From an uncultured Gemmatimonadales bacterium (GTDB lineage Bacteria > Gemmatimonadota > Gemmatimonadetes > Gemmatimonadales > Gemmatimonadaceae), in the NCBI GenBank assembly GCA_963851265.1, contig CAWKNZ010000005.1, forward strand, positions 1 to 64,000: a DNA stretch of 64,000 nt, read 5' to 3'. Below, one piece after another: positions 29,569 through 40,519 of this stretch; positions within the stretch are counted from its first letter, which is position 1; every line of letters begins with the position of its first letter. The notes under the pieces were generated by a model, which worked only from the letters and a program-made list of their open reading frames with translations, was not told the DNA's origin and did not search any database. A program made the translations under genes and the position numbers.

Positions 29569-30684
29569 ATGCGCCTCTTCGGCCGCCCCAAGCAGACCGT
29601 CGGCCTCGACATCGGGTCCGGGCTCGTGAAAGCCGTGGTGCTCGACCACTCGGGCAGCACGCCCGAACTCGCCCGCGCCGTCGTCACCCCGCTCGCCGCC
29701 GATGCCATCGTCGAGGGCGAGGTCATGGACCCCGCGCTCGTCGTCGACGCCGTCCGCGCGACGATCGCCGCGACCGGCGCGCCTAACGCGCCGGTCGCCG
29801 TCGCGGTGGGCGGCCGCGACGTCATCGTCAAGCGCATCCGGGCGCCGCGGGCCCGCGGCGCCGAAGCCCGCGCGCTGCTGCGGTGGGAGGCCGAGCAGCA
29901 CGTCCCCTTCGACATGAGCTCCGTGGCGCTCGACTTCCACGTCCTCGACCCCGAGGGCGACGAGGCCGAAATGGGCGTGCTCATCGCCGCCGCGAAGCGC
30001 GAACTCGTCGACGCGCGCGTCACCCTCCTCGCCGAAGCCGGCATCGTGCCCGCGATCGTGGACGTCGACGCGTTCGCGCTCCACAACGCTTACCTCGCCT
30101 CGACGCCGCCCGGCGCGGCAGGCGCGGGTCACGGGCTCGTCGCGCTCGCCCACGTCGGCCACGAGACCACGATCATCAACGTCCTCGACGGCGACGTCCC
30201 GGTGCTCACGCGCGACCTCGCGCTCGGCACGCGCCGCCTCCGCGAAGACATGCAGCGCGAGCTCACGCTCCCCGCGCCCGTCGCCGACGCGTTCCTGCGC
30301 GGCGAACGGCCGTCGCCCGCGCTCGCGCCGCTCGTCGGCCGCTACGCGGAAGACCTGGCCGCGGAGGTCGAGCGCGCGACCGCGGTGCTCAGCTCGGGAA
30401 CCGACGACGCCGGGTCGCTCCGCGCCCTCTTCCTGAGCGGCGGCGGCGCCCGCGTCCCCGGCCTCGCGGCCGCGACCGCGGCGCGCCTCCGCGTACGCGT
30501 CGAGACGATCAACCCGCTCGGCGGCGTCGCCGTCGCCGACGGCGCGCTCGACGCGATCGACGCGGAAGCCGTCTCGCCACTCCTGCTACTCGCCCTCGGG
30601 CTCGGCGTGCGGCGGTCCAACGCGGCGACCGGCGCGGCGCGGCGCGGCGCGCGCGCACTCGGCGCCCGGAACGCCGCCGCATGA
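29569..30684 (+). CDS. pilM: Type IV pilus assembly protein PilM
   Basis: VGLDIGSGLVKAV, EAEQHVPF, VDVDAFAL, LSGGGA. Confidence 0.92.
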   Translation: MRLFGRPKQTVGLDIGSGLVKAVVLDHSGSTPELARAVVTPLAADAIVEGEVMDPALVVDAVRATIAATGAPNAPVAVAVGGRDVIVKRIRAPRARGAEARALLRWEAEQHVPFDMSSVALDFHVLDPEGDEAEMGVLIAAAKRELVDARVTLLAEAGIVPAIVDVDAFALHNAYLASTPPGAAGAGHGLVALAHVGHETTIINVLDGDVPVLTRDLALGTRRLREDMQRELTLPAPVADAFLRGERPSPALAPLVGRYAEDLAAEVERATAVLSSGTDDAGSLRALFLSGGGARVPGLAAATAARLRVRVETINPLGGVAVADGALDAIDAEAVSPLLLLALGLGVRRSNAATGAARRGARALGARNAAA

Positions 30685-31469
30685 CGATGATCGAGATCAA
30701 CCTGCTCAACCCGGACGGCGACGCGTCCGGCCGCGGCATGCGCGACGCCCTGGCCGCGCTCGGCGCGCGCGCCGGTGCGCTCGTCGGCGACCCATATCTG
30801 ACCGGCGCCATCGCGGCCGTCCTGCTCGCGGCCGGCGGCGGCGGCTTCCTCTACACGGGTCAGGCCCGCGCCGACGTCGCGATGACGGCGCGCGAGGAGG
30901 CCGCGCTGGCCGACTCCACACGCTACGCCGCGCTCCTCGCGGCGCGTCGGGCCGCCGCGGCCGAACGCGACAGCGTGCAGCGCCAGCTCGGCGTGATCGC
31001 GAGGATCGACAGCGCCCGCTACGCATGGGCGCACGTGCTCGACGAGGTGAGCCGCGCGCTGCCGCCGTACACGTGGCTCACCGCCGTGCAGCAGACCAGC
31101 GCGGCGCCGATGCCCGCGGCACCCGGCAAGCCGGCCAAGGTCGCGGCTGGAGACAAGCCCGCGGGCGAGCATCCGGCCGGCGATCACCCCGCCGCGGAGA
31201 AGGCGGGAAAGCCCGATTCGCTCGCCGCTCGCCCGACACTCGCGTTCCGCATCGTCGGGCAGACCGTCGACATCCAGGCGCTCACCGCCTTCATGCGCGA
31301 CCTCGAAGCATCGCCGTTCGTGCAGCACGTGCAGCTCGCGCGCTCCGAGGCCGCGCAGGTCGACGGCAAGGAAGTCACCGAGTTCACGCTCGACGCCGAG
31401 TTGCAGACGCCCCCGCGCGACGTGCTCCGCACGGAGCGACTTGCCGTCCCCGTGGCTCCCGCGCGCTGA
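30681..31469 (+). CDS. pilN: Type IV pilus assembly protein PilN
   Basis: IEINLL motif, TM, LPPYTWL, LEASPF. Confidence 0.88.
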   Translation: MTMIEINLLNPDGDASGRGMRDALAALGARAGALVGDPYLTGAIAAVLLAAGGGGFLYTGQARADVAMTAREEAALADSTRYAALLAARRAAAAERDSVQRQLGVIARIDSARYAWAHVLDEVSRALPPYTWLTAVQQTSAAPMPAAPGKPAKVAAGDKPAGEHPAGDHPAAEKAGKPDSLAARPTLAFRIVGQTVDIQALTAFMRDLEASPFVQHVQLARSEAAQVDGKEVTEFTLDAELQTPPRDVLRTERLAVPVAPAR

Positions 31470-31496
31470 CGCGCGCGCCGTCCGCCCGCCCCTCCC

Positions 31497-32180
31497 ATGT
31501 CGCTCCTGCCGCAGGACTCCAAGGCCCAGGCGAAGGTCGCCGTCGCGGTCGTCGCCCTCGCGGGCCTCGCCTACTACTACGCGTATCCCTACACCGCCGC
31601 GGGCGACGCGCTGGCCGAGCGTGAAACGCGGGTCGAGCACGTCGAGGCCGCGAACGCGAAGGCGCGGCGCGAGGCCGCCGCGGGGGTCAAACCGGCCGAA
31701 CTCGCCCGCGAGGCCGCGCGCTCGCGCACCACGCTCGACCTGCTGCGCCGCCTCGTACCCACCGAACACGAGGTCCCCGGCCTGCTCGAGCAGGTGTCGA
31801 CGGCGGCACGCCGCGCGGGACTCGAGATCGGCGGCGTGGCGCCCGAACCGATGCTGCCCGGTGCGGAGTTCGATACGTATCGGTACAAACTGACCGTCGC
31901 CGGCGGCTACCACCCGCTCACGACGTTCCTCGCCAACGTCGGCTCGCTGCCGCGCATCGTCGCGCCGGTGACGTTTCAGCTCGTGCCGCGCGGAGACGCC
32001 GCGTCGCGTGACGCGCGCCACGCGCGCGGCCCGACCGCGCTCACGGCCGCGGTCACGGTGCAGACCTACGTCGCCCATGCCGCGCCCGTACACGCGGCGT
32101 CCGAAGCTGCCACCAGACACGCCGGGGCCGGGCAGGAGCGCGTCACGACCACCGCCGCAGGCGGCGAGGTGGTGCCGTGA
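31497..32180 (+). CDS. pilO: Type IV pilus assembly protein PilO
   Basis: LVPTEHEVPGLL, GGYHPL..FLANVGSLPRIV. Confidence 0.88.
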   Translation: MSLLPQDSKAQAKVAVAVVALAGLAYYYAYPYTAAGDALAERETRVEHVEAANAKARREAAAGVKPAELAREAARSRTTLDLLRRLVPTEHEVPGLLEQVSTAARRAGLEIGGVAPEPMLPGAEFDTYRYKLTVAGGYHPLTTFLANVGSLPRIVAPVTFQLVPRGDAASRDARHARGPTALTAAVTVQTYVAHAAPVHAASEAATRHAGAGQERVTTTAAGGEVVP

Positions 32181-32749
32181 ACCGCCGTACCACGCTGTAC
32201 GTCGCGGCCCTCGCGGTCGTGGCCGGCGGCGCGGTCGCCGCCCGGGTCGCGTCGGGCGCCGACACCGGCGACGCGACCGCCACGCCAGCTCCGCGCGTCG
32301 CCCACACGATGCCGCAAACCACTGCGACCGCGCACGTCGCCGCGCACGTCGCCGCGCACGCCCCCGCCACCCCGCACGCGCGCCACGCCGGCCCGCCCGT
32401 CCCGATCGCGCCCGACACCGTGGTCGTCGAGCGCGAGACGTTCGGGTACGCCGGCGACGGCCGCCGCGACCCCTTCCGCTCGCTCATGGTCACCGCCGCG
32501 CTGCGGCCGCTGCCGAGCGAGCTGCGCCTCGTTGCCGTCGCGTACGACCCGACCGGCGTCGGCTCCGTCGCGATCCTCCGTGACGGGACCACGCACGCCC
32601 AGCACCGCGTCGGTGTTGGCGGCCGCGTCGGCCGCATGCGCGTCGTCCGCATCCGCCCCCGCACGGTCGTCTTCGCCGTCGAGGAGCTCGGGTTCAGCCG
32701 CACCGAAGTGGTCACGCTCTCCGATTCCTCCGCCACCAAGCAGCCATGA
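32177..32749 (+). CDS. PilP-like protein
   Basis: Y..DGRRDPF motif; located between pilO and pilQ. Confidence 0.7.
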   Translation: MNRRTTLYVAALAVVAGGAVAARVASGADTGDATATPAPRVAHTMPQTTATAHVAAHVAAHAPATPHARHAGPPVPIAPDTVVVERETFGYAGDGRRDPFRSLMVTAALRPLPSELRLVAVAYDPTGVGSVAILRDGTTHAQHRVGVGGRVGRMRVVRIRPRTVVFAVEELGFSRTEVVTLSDSSATKQP

Positions 32750-34872
32750 CGGTCCTCCGATCCCTCCTCACCGCGGCCGTGCTGCACGCCGCGGTCGGCG
32801 CCGCCGGTCTCGGGTCGGCGCCGTCAGCGGCGCCGACACTCGCCGGTGCCGCCGCGCTCCCCGCCGCGGGTCCGCCCGACGAAGGGCGCGCGGCCGTCAC
32901 CGGCGTGAGCATCACGCCGGGAACGGGCTCCGCTCCCGGCGGAACCACGGTTCACGTCCATGTCGACGGCGCGAGTCAGGTGCAGGACTTCACGCTCGCC
33001 GCACCGCACCGCATCGTGGTTGACCTGTCGGGTGCGACCCTCACGCGCGGCGTCGCCGCGGGTGTCGCGGCCGCGGCCGGCCACGGCGGCGTCGTCGGGG
33101 TGCGCACCTCGCAGTTCCGCGCCGGCGTGGTCCGCGTCGTCGTCGAACTCGATCGCGCGCACGGCTACCACGTCGAGCGCGGCGACGACGGCGTGCGGAT
33201 CGTGGTCGACGGCGCCGGCCCGCGCCCCGGCGCGAGTGCGCGCGCCGCCGACACCGCAGACGCCCCCCTGCGCTTCGCGTCCGCCGACGCCGCATCCGAT
33301 ACCGCGGTGCCGCGCGTCGCGCGTTCCACGCATCGCGCTACCACCCGCCGCGCCGCGCCGCGCCCGACCGTGCCGGCCGTCGACGAGGACGCGCCGCCCG
33401 CGTCCGCGCCGGTCGCGCCCGCCGCGCCGCGCCGCGCCGCGGAGTCCCGTCGCCTGACGGTCACCTATCAGGACGCGGACATCCGCGACGTCATCGCCGC
33501 GTTCGCCGCCTTCTCCGGACGCACCATCATCGCCGGCCGCGACGTCTCGGGCACCGTCACCGCCGAGATCAAGGACCAGCCCTGGGAGGTCGCGCTGCGC
33601 GCCCTTCTCGGCGCCCAGGGCCTAGCCGCGAGCGAGGACCGCTACGGCATCATCACCATCGACAGCTGGCGCAACCTCGCGACTGTCCGCTCGGTCGAGC
33701 CGCTCGCCACGCAGATCGTCGACGTCAATTACGCGAAAGCCTCGGCCCTCGTCCCGGTCGTCCAGTCGCTGCTCTCGCGCGATTGCGCGACCGGCTCGAC
33801 AGGCTCGGCCGGCGCCGCCGCGTCCAGCGCAGGATCCGGCGCCGCCGGCGCCGCGCCGGCCGCAACGCCCGCGGGCTGCATGATCCGCGGCTCCGTCAGC
33901 GCCGACACCGCGACCAACAAGCTCCTCATCACGGACGTCCCCTCGCGCATGGGCGACATGCTCGCCCGCCTGCGCGAGCTCGACGTCCGCACACCGCAGG
34001 TCGCGATCAAGGCGCGCATCGTCTTCGTCAACCGCTCGCGCCTGCAGGACATCGGCGTCTCGTACGACCTCGGCAAGGGGACGCAGCAGTTCTACAACTC
34101 GCTCGTCCCCCGCATCGACCCGTCAACGCGCACCCCGGTCTACGGCTCCGACGGCCGCGTCGTCGGCCTCGGCGGCGGCACGCCCTACAACACCGGCCAG
34201 ATCGCCCTCGGCGGCAACGCGCTCTCCGCGCTCGCCAACGCCGCGACCGCGATGAAGTCGTCCGCGCTCAACCTCATCTACTCGCTCACGCTCGGTCAGT
34301 ACCAGCTCACGGCGTTCGTCAACGCGCTCCAGCAGAACTCGCTCGCCGACATCCAGAGCGAGCCGAGCATCGTGACGCTGAACAACCGGACGGCCGAGAT
34401 CTTCGTGGGGCAGCAAGTGCCCATCCGCGTGATCGACGCCGGGGCGGGCGGCAGCGGCACCGGCGCCTTCCCGCGCGCGACCGTGCGACTCGAGGAAGCC
34501 GGCATCCGCCTCTCGGTGACGCCGCAGGTCACCAACAACCGGCGCATCGTCCTCGACGTGCGCGCGGAGAACTCCAACGCGCAGACCGACAACTCCGACG
34601 TCGGCGTGATCTTCAACCGCCAGCGCGCGGAGAACCGCCTGCTCGTCGGCGACGGCGAGACCGCGGTGATCGGTGGCCTCACGGTCACCCAGCACTCGCG
34701 CACGCGCAGCGGGATCCCGATCCTCGGGAACCTCCCCATCATCGGCGGCCTCTTCGCCCAGACCACATCGTCCGAGACGAAGCAGGACCTGCTCATCCTC
34801 GTCACGCCGCAAATCCTCGACGAGGGCCAGCAGCCGTCCACGCCGATGCCGACGATTCCGCCGCACCGCTGA
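32746..34872 (+). CDS. pilQ: Type IV pilus secretin with AMIN domain
   Basis: AMIN (FTLAAPHRIVVDL), DADIRDV, QVAIKARIV, GETAVIGGL, GIPILGNLPIIGGLF, LLILVTPQI. Confidence 0.93.
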   Translation: MTVLRSLLTAAVLHAAVGAAGLGSAPSAAPTLAGAAALPAAGPPDEGRAAVTGVSITPGTGSAPGGTTVHVHVDGASQVQDFTLAAPHRIVVDLSGATLTRGVAAGVAAAAGHGGVVGVRTSQFRAGVVRVVVELDRAHGYHVERGDDGVRIVVDGAGPRPGASARAADTADAPLRFASADAASDTAVPRVARSTHRATTRRAAPRPTVPAVDEDAPPASAPVAPAAPRRAAESRRLTVTYQDADIRDVIAAFAAFSGRTIIAGRDVSGTVTAEIKDQPWEVALRALLGAQGLAASEDRYGIITIDSWRNLATVRSVEPLATQIVDVNYAKASALVPVVQSLLSRDCATGSTGSAGAAASSAGSGAAGAAPAATPAGCMIRGSVSADTATNKLLITDVPSRMGDMLARLRELDVRTPQVAIKARIVFVNRSRLQDIGVSYDLGKGTQQFYNSLVPRIDPSTRTPVYGSDGRVVGLGGGTPYNTGQIALGGNALSALANAATAMKSSALNLIYSLTLGQYQLTAFVNALQQNSLADIQSEPSIVTLNNRTAEIFVGQQVPIRVIDAGAGGSGTGAFPRATVRLEEAGIRLSVTPQVTNNRRIVLDVRAENSNAQTDNSDVGVIFNRQRAENRLLVGDGETAVIGGLTVTQHSRTRSGIPILGNLPIIGGLFAQTTSSETKQDLLILVTPQILDEGQQPSTPMPTIPPHR

Positions 34873-34877
34873 CCGCC

Positions 34878-37316
34878 ATGCGCCCCCCCCGCCTCCTCGC
34901 GGCCCTGACGTTAGGCGTCGCCCTCGCCGCCTGCGGCTCGCAGTCCGACAGCGTTGCCGGCTTCGTACCCGACAAACAGCCGCCGGTGGTCCGCTTCGAC
35001 ACCACCGTCAAGAACGTCGTCGGCGACTCCGCCGTCTCGTTCACCCTCCTCGCGTCCGACAACCTCGACCTCGACCGCGTCCACCTCGACGTGACTGGCG
35101 GCGTGCAGATGTCCATGGACACCACGCTCTCCCCCGCGACCACGACGCTTTCGCTCGCGATGCGCGTCCCGGTCCCGTCGAGTATCGCCGCGGGCACTCC
35201 CATCTACGTCGTCGCCCGCGTGCGCGACGGCGCGGGCAACGTGAGCACGAGCGACACGCTCCGGCTCTCCGCCGGCAACGTCCGCCCGCCGGCCGCAACG
35301 CTCGTCGCGCCCGCGCCCGCATCGCTCTTCGTCGTCGGCAAGAAGAGCGCGCTCTCCATCGTCGCCACGTCGCCGCTCAAGGTCCGCGCCGCCGGCTACC
35401 GCACGACCGGCCCGTTCACCACGAGCGACTCGGTGCTCTACTCCGGCACCGCGCTCGCCGATTCGGTGGTCCTCACCGATACGCTCACAGTCCCCGCCAA
35501 CGCCCCGGCAGGCGTCCTCACCGTCACACCGTTCGTGATCGACGGCGCCGGCCGCGTCGCGACCGGCGCGCCGGTCCAGTACGCGGTCCAGAGCGTTGCG
35601 ACCAACAACGTCGTCCCGGTGCCGTCGTCGGCCTTCCCGGTACGCCTCGAGGCCGCCGACACGGTCCGCGTCGCGGCCTCCGATCCCACGGGGGTGAAGG
35701 TCCTCGGCTATGAGATCGTCTCGCGCGCCGACACCACGCGTCGCTTCGGCGTCGACTCGGTCGTCCTCGACGGATCGCTCGTCAACGACGCCCGCCGCTT
35801 CACGATCCACCTCCGCCCGGACACCCTGCTCGGCACCGCCGACTCGCTCCCGCTCCGCGTCTACGTGCGCGGGTTCGCGACCAACGCGGGCGGTAGGCGC
35901 GCCACCACGCCACTGGTCGCCAGCGGCAACGCGCCCGACACGGCCGTCGTCGTCGCCGGCACCACCAACCCGCTCCCGCAGGGCGGCCAGCTCGCCGACG
36001 GCGTCTACGTGCCACGCCTCGACCGGCTCTACCTGACCAACCTCGCACTCAATCAGCTCGAGGTGTTCGACCTCGCCGGGCGCCGCTTCCTCACGCCGGT
36101 CCCCGTCGGCTCGCAACCGTGGGGCATCGCGGCCTGGCCGCGCGCCAGCGACGGCAGCTTCGGCGACACGCTCCTGGTCGCCAACTCCGGCGGTACCAAC
36201 GTCAGTTACGTCGACCTCACCAGCTCGGGCTCCGGACGCGAAGTCTACCGGTATCCGTTGCCGAACATCGTCGCCTACTCGGTCACGACCGCGCTCGGCC
36301 CGACGGGCGTGCCGATGCAGCAGCGCACGATGTACGACTTCAGCGACCGCCCGCAGTTCCTCGCGACCACCTGCAGCGGCTCGCCGTCCACCGGCAACGG
36401 GTGCGCGGAACCGATCCTCGTCTACTCCACGACGCCCACGGGCGGTCAGTCGCTGCCGTTCCCCCACGCCGGCACCATCCGGTGGGAGAACCTCGTCCGC
36501 CACTCCTCGCACCTGTTCTTCGAGCAGGCCGTCGGACAGTCGGTCGGGCGCCTCGACACGCTCCTCGTCATGCGCTACGCCGCGGGCGGCGTGGGCAGCG
36601 ACTCGACCCTCGTGCCATACCAGCAGCCCGCCACCGACCTTACCACGGGTGCCGCGTCCACGTACTCGGTCGTGGTCAACCTCTCCAACCTCGGCTTCCG
36701 CGACACCACCTACGTCCGCGGTTCGGGCAACTTCGGCCGAGCCATCTTCGGCGAGGGCGGACCGGTGCTCGGTAGCCGCGCCATATCGTTCGACGCGGCC
36801 CGCGGCCTCGCGCCAGCCGAAACCGACATCTTCACCCGGCACACGTATTCCCTCAGCACGCCGGTCACCGACCTCGGCGTTTCGCCTGCGTTCAACGTCT
36901 CGGACTTCATCGCCAACGCCTACGCCCGCATCGCCGGCGTCGCGATCAACTTCGACGGCTCGCTCGGCGCCATCCGCGGCGACTCCACCTACCTGGTCGA
37001 CCCGAAGCTCCGCCTCCAGGGCCTGCTCCAGACCGACGGCGGCGCGAACACGGGCTTCGACTTCCACCCGCGCAACACGGGCAGCACCTCCGCCGCCGGT
37101 ACCCGCTTCGCCTTCTCGGCGGCGCTGCTTCCGCAGATCGAGATCTACGACACGTACTGCTACCAGCGCGTGCGCACGATCCCGGTGCGCGACCCCATCG
37201 TCGGTCCGATCCGCGCCTCGTTCCGCGCCAACGGCGACCTCGTCCTCGTCGGCGCCACCCGCACGGGTGTGATCGTCGTCTCGGTCCCGCAGCCGATCCG
37301 TTCGAGCTGCTCGTGA
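34878..37316 (+). CDS. Large putative lipoprotein with Ig-like repeats and YVTN-like beta-propeller
   Basis: Lipobox LAAC, D..PP and ARVRDGAGN Ig-like motifs, LYLTN, VPVGSQPWGI, LLVANSGGTNVS. Confidence 0.75.
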   Translation: MRPPRLLAALTLGVALAACGSQSDSVAGFVPDKQPPVVRFDTTVKNVVGDSAVSFTLLASDNLDLDRVHLDVTGGVQMSMDTTLSPATTTLSLAMRVPVPSSIAAGTPIYVVARVRDGAGNVSTSDTLRLSAGNVRPPAATLVAPAPASLFVVGKKSALSIVATSPLKVRAAGYRTTGPFTTSDSVLYSGTALADSVVLTDTLTVPANAPAGVLTVTPFVIDGAGRVATGAPVQYAVQSVATNNVVPVPSSAFPVRLEAADTVRVAASDPTGVKVLGYEIVSRADTTRRFGVDSVVLDGSLVNDARRFTIHLRPDTLLGTADSLPLRVYVRGFATNAGGRRATTPLVASGNAPDTAVVVAGTTNPLPQGGQLADGVYVPRLDRLYLTNLALNQLEVFDLAGRRFLTPVPVGSQPWGIAAWPRASDGSFGDTLLVANSGGTNVSYVDLTSSGSGREVYRYPLPNIVAYSVTTALGPTGVPMQQRTMYDFSDRPQFLATTCSGSPSTGNGCAEPILVYSTTPTGGQSLPFPHAGTIRWENLVRHSSHLFFEQAVGQSVGRLDTLLVMRYAAGGVGSDSTLVPYQQPATDLTTGAASTYSVVVNLSNLGFRDTTYVRGSGNFGRAIFGEGGPVLGSRAISFDAARGLAPAETDIFTRHTYSLSTPVTDLGVSPAFNVSDFIANAYARIAGVAINFDGSLGAIRGDSTYLVDPKLRLQGLLQTDGGANTGFDFHPRNTGSTSAAGTRFAFSAALLPQIEIYDTYCYQRVRTIPVRDPIVGPIRASFRANGDLVLVGATRTGVIVVSVPQPIRSSCS

Positions 37317-37403
37317 GGTAGGCGAGGCGAGAGCCGCGCGGCACGCCCTACCGTCGTCCAACCGGCGCCCCCCGGTTCGGTCGAGGCCGGGCGTCGCCGC
37401 GAG

Positions 37404-38061
37404 GTGGGCGCGCCCGGCCCCGACCCGCGGGACGCGCGGTGCGCGAACGACGGCGCGGCGTCGCGGCGCGCGTTCTGCCCCGAGTGCGGCCAGGCGCAGC
37501 GCGACGTCCACCGGCCGCTGCGGACCTTCGCGAGCGACCTCCTCGAGTCGCTCACGGGTTGGGACCACAAGATCCCGGCAACGTTCGGCCTGCTCCTCGC
37601 CCGACCCGGCGCACTCACTCGAGAGTTCCTCGGCGGGCGCGAAAGCGGTACCTCTCGCCGCTTCAGCTCTACCTGTTCGCCAGCGCTGGTGTTTCTGGCC
37701 CTCCGGACACCGCTCCCGGGTGGGCAGAACCTCGGCGCGTGACGCACGCGCGCGACCACCACCTCCTCTGGCGCCGCGCGCAACGGTTCTACGCGGAGCA
37801 CGGCGTCTTCGCGTGGCACTCGCATGCCCAGGGCCTGATCGCCATCGCGATCCCACGCGTCGTCCCCGGCTGGGCGCACTCCTCCCAACCGCCTGGACGG
37901 TCGCGTACCTCTGGCTCGCCGCGCGCCGGGTCTACGGCGCGAACGGCGAGTCCGCCAGGCGCACCACGGGCAAGGTCGCAGTGCTGAGTGCGGGTTGTCT
38001 GGTCGGCGTCGGCGTCGGCGTGATCATCACGCTGGTCGCCTCGCTTCTGCTCGCGGGCTGA
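37404..38061 (+). pseudogene. DUF3667-like membrane protein pseudogene (at least 2 frameshifts)
   Basis: Frame A: CAN..FCPECGQ...RPGALTREFLGGR; frame B: RKRYLSPLQLYLFAS...FYAEHGVFAWH; frame C: YLWLAARRVYG; shifts near 37640 and 37875. Confidence 0.75.
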
Positions 38062-38169
38062 CGGTCGCCGCCAGGCGAAGCCCCGCCTCACGGCGCAGCA
38101 AAACGGCCCTGCGAGGGTCGCAAGCGCGATTACCTTCTCTCCCCGCGCTCCCACTCCGCAGCCCAGACG

Positions 38170-39996
38170 ATGCCACAGCTCCGCTTCACCACCGCCGGCG
38201 AGTCCCACGGACAGGCCCTCGTGGCCGTGCTCGAAGGGATCCCCGCCGGCCTGCCGCTCCTCGCGGCCGACGTGGATGCGGAGCTCGCGCGGCGGCAGCA
38301 AGGCTACGGTCGCGGTCGCCGTATGCAGATCGAACGCGACCACGTCGAGTTCCTCGCCGGCGTCCGCGCAGGCGAGACGACGGGCGCGCCGATCGCGATG
38401 CTCGTTCGCAACGCCGACTGGCGCAACTGGGTCGAGATCATGGACCCGGCCCCCCGTCCCGAGGACCAGGCCGGCCCGCGCGCCCGCGCCGTCACCCGCG
38501 TCCGCCCCGGCCATGCCGACCTCGTCGGCCTGCTGAAGTACGACCGCACCGACGCGCGCGACATCCTCGAACGCGCGTCCGCGCGCGAGACGACCGTCCG
38601 CGTCGCGGTCGGCGCCGTCTGCAAGCGTCTCCTCGCCCAGTTCGGGGTCCTCGTTGGCAGCCATCTCGTCCACCTCGGAGGCATCGACGCGACACCCCCA
38701 GCCGAGTGGCCCGCCGACGTCAACGCGGCCGCCGACGGATCACCGCTTCGCACCCTCGACCCGATCGCCGAACAGGCGATGATCACCCGCGTCGACGAAG
38801 CCAAGCGCGCCGGCGACACGCTCGGCGGCATCTGCGAGGTCGTCTGTCAGGGCCTCCCGGTCGGGCTCGGCTCACACGTCGCGTGGGACCGCAAACTCGA
38901 CGGCCGACTCGCCGCCGCCCTGATGTCGATCCCCGCCGTCAAGGGCGTCGAGATCGGCCTCGGCTTCGACGCCGCCCGCCGTCCAGGATCGGCCGTCCAC
39001 GACCACATCATCGGCCACGAGGCGACCGGAACCGCCAACGGAGTCGTGAACGGAACGGCCCACGGCACCCCGCGCCGCGCGAGCAACCGCGCCGGCGGTC
39101 TCGAAGGCGGCATCACCACGGGCGAGCCGCTCGTCCTGCGCGTCGCGATGAAGCCGATCAGCACCCTCATGCGCCCCCTCGGCACCGTCGACGTGCGCAC
39201 GGGCGAGCCTGCGGCCGCCTCGGTCGAACGCAGCGACGTCACCGCCGCGCCGGCCATGGGCGTGATCGCCGAGGCGATGACGGCCTTCGTCCTCGCCCAG
39301 GCCCTGCTCGAGAAATGCGGCGGCGACTCGCTCGGTGAACTGCGCCGCAACCTCGATGGCTACCTCGCCCACGCCGCCACGCGCGTCCCGGCCGGCCCGC
39401 CCTCCTCCATCGCACCCCGGCCCGCAACGCCGCACGTCGCCCTCGTCGGCCTGCCGGGGGCCGGCAAGACCACCGTCGGGCAACTCGCCGCCACCCTGCT
39501 GGACGTGCCGTTCGTCGACTTCGACGCCGAACTCGTCGCCCGCACCGGACGGAGTGTCGCCGAGCAGTTTGCGCGTGACGGCGAGGCGGCCTTCCGCGCC
39601 GCCGAAGTCGCGCTCTCGCGCGAGCTGGCCACGGCCGCGCCGTCCCTGCTCGCTCCCGGCGGTGGCTGGATGACGAACGCCGAAGCCCGCGCGGCGCTGA
39701 GCCCGACGACGCGCACGGTCCACCTGCGCGTGTCCCCAGCCGTCGCCGCCGAACGGCTCGCCCGCGACCCCGTGGTGCGCCCGCTCGTCGGGAACGACGA
39801 CCCGGAAGCCGCACTCGCCGCGCTCCTCGAACGCCGCCGTGCCGCCTACACGGACGCCGACGCGGTCGTCGACACGGACGATCGCTCGCCCGCGCAGGTC
39901 GCTGCCGCCCTCGTCGCGCTCGTGCGCACGTGGTCGACCGCGGCCCCGTCGCCTGCAGCACCGTCCGACACGGTCCCCCCCGGAGTCGCCGCATGA
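38170..39996 (+). CDS. aroC: Chorismate synthase fused in frame to shikimate kinase (AroC-AroK)
   Basis: [37 protein letters not shown]; then [29 protein letters not shown]. Confidence 0.9.
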   Translation: MPQLRFTTAGESHGQALVAVLEGIPAGLPLLAADVDAELARRQQGYGRGRRMQIERDHVEFLAGVRAGETTGAPIAMLVRNADWRNWVEIMDPAPRPEDQAGPRARAVTRVRPGHADLVGLLKYDRTDARDILERASARETTVRVAVGAVCKRLLAQFGVLVGSHLVHLGGIDATPPAEWPADVNAAADGSPLRTLDPIAEQAMITRVDEAKRAGDTLGGICEVVCQGLPVGLGSHVAWDRKLDGRLAAALMSIPAVKGVEIGLGFDAARRPGSAVHDHIIGHEATGTANGVVNGTAHGTPRRASNRAGGLEGGITTGEPLVLRVAMKPISTLMRPLGTVDVRTGEPAAASVERSDVTAAPAMGVIAEAMTAFVLAQALLEKCGGDSLGELRRNLDGYLAHAATRVPAGPPSSIAPRPATPHVALVGLPGAGKTTVGQLAATLLDVPFVDFDAELVARTGRSVAEQFARDGEAAFRAAEVALSRELATAAPSLLAPGGGWMTNAEARAALSPTTRTVHLRVSPAVAAERLARDPVVRPLVGNDDPEAALAALLERRRAAYTDADAVVDTDDRSPAQVAAALVALVRTWSTAAPSPAAPSDTVPPGVAA

Positions 39997-40460
39997 GCGC
40001 CAGCGCGTCCGACCCGTCCGACGCGCGCGCCGCCCGCCTCCGCGAACTTCGGGCCCTCGCGGCGAGCGGTGCCACCCCGCAGGAGCTGGCGATCCACCTC
40101 GCCGCACTGGGGTACGACACCGAGCGCGCGAAGGTGCTGCTCGAACACCTCGCCGACGTCGGCGATTCGGACGACCGCGACAGTTCGGCGCCACCCGACG
40201 TCCCGGTGCCGCCAGACGAGACGGACGACCGGCCCGCGCCGGCCCTTCGCGTGTGGGCGCCGTTCGAGCGGGCCCGCTTCTCGCCGGAAGCGTGGGGGCG
40301 GCTCTTGCGCCTCCGCCGCGACGGCATGGGCGACGCCGAGTTCGAGCATGTCGTCGACCGCGCCCTGCTGCAACTCGACGGACCCGTCGGCGTGACCGAG
40401 TTGCGCGCCCTCCTCGGAGACGCGACCGACCCCGCGGAATCGCCGCCGACCGTTCACTGA
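39993..40460 (+). CDS. Smg/DUF494-like protein
   Basis: [19 protein letters not shown]...FEHVVDR, C-terminal TVH; directly upstream of topA. Confidence 0.7.
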   Translation: MSASASDPSDARAARLRELRALAASGATPQELAIHLAALGYDTERAKVLLEHLADVGDSDDRDSSAPPDVPVPPDETDDRPAPALRVWAPFERARFSPEAWGRLLRLRRDGMGDAEFEHVVDRALLQLDGPVGVTELRALLGDATDPAESPPTVH

Positions 40461-40519
40461 GGACCGCTCGCGACTCCGAGCACTCTCGCACTTTTCGCTC
40501 TCCCGAGCGTTTGCCCCCT

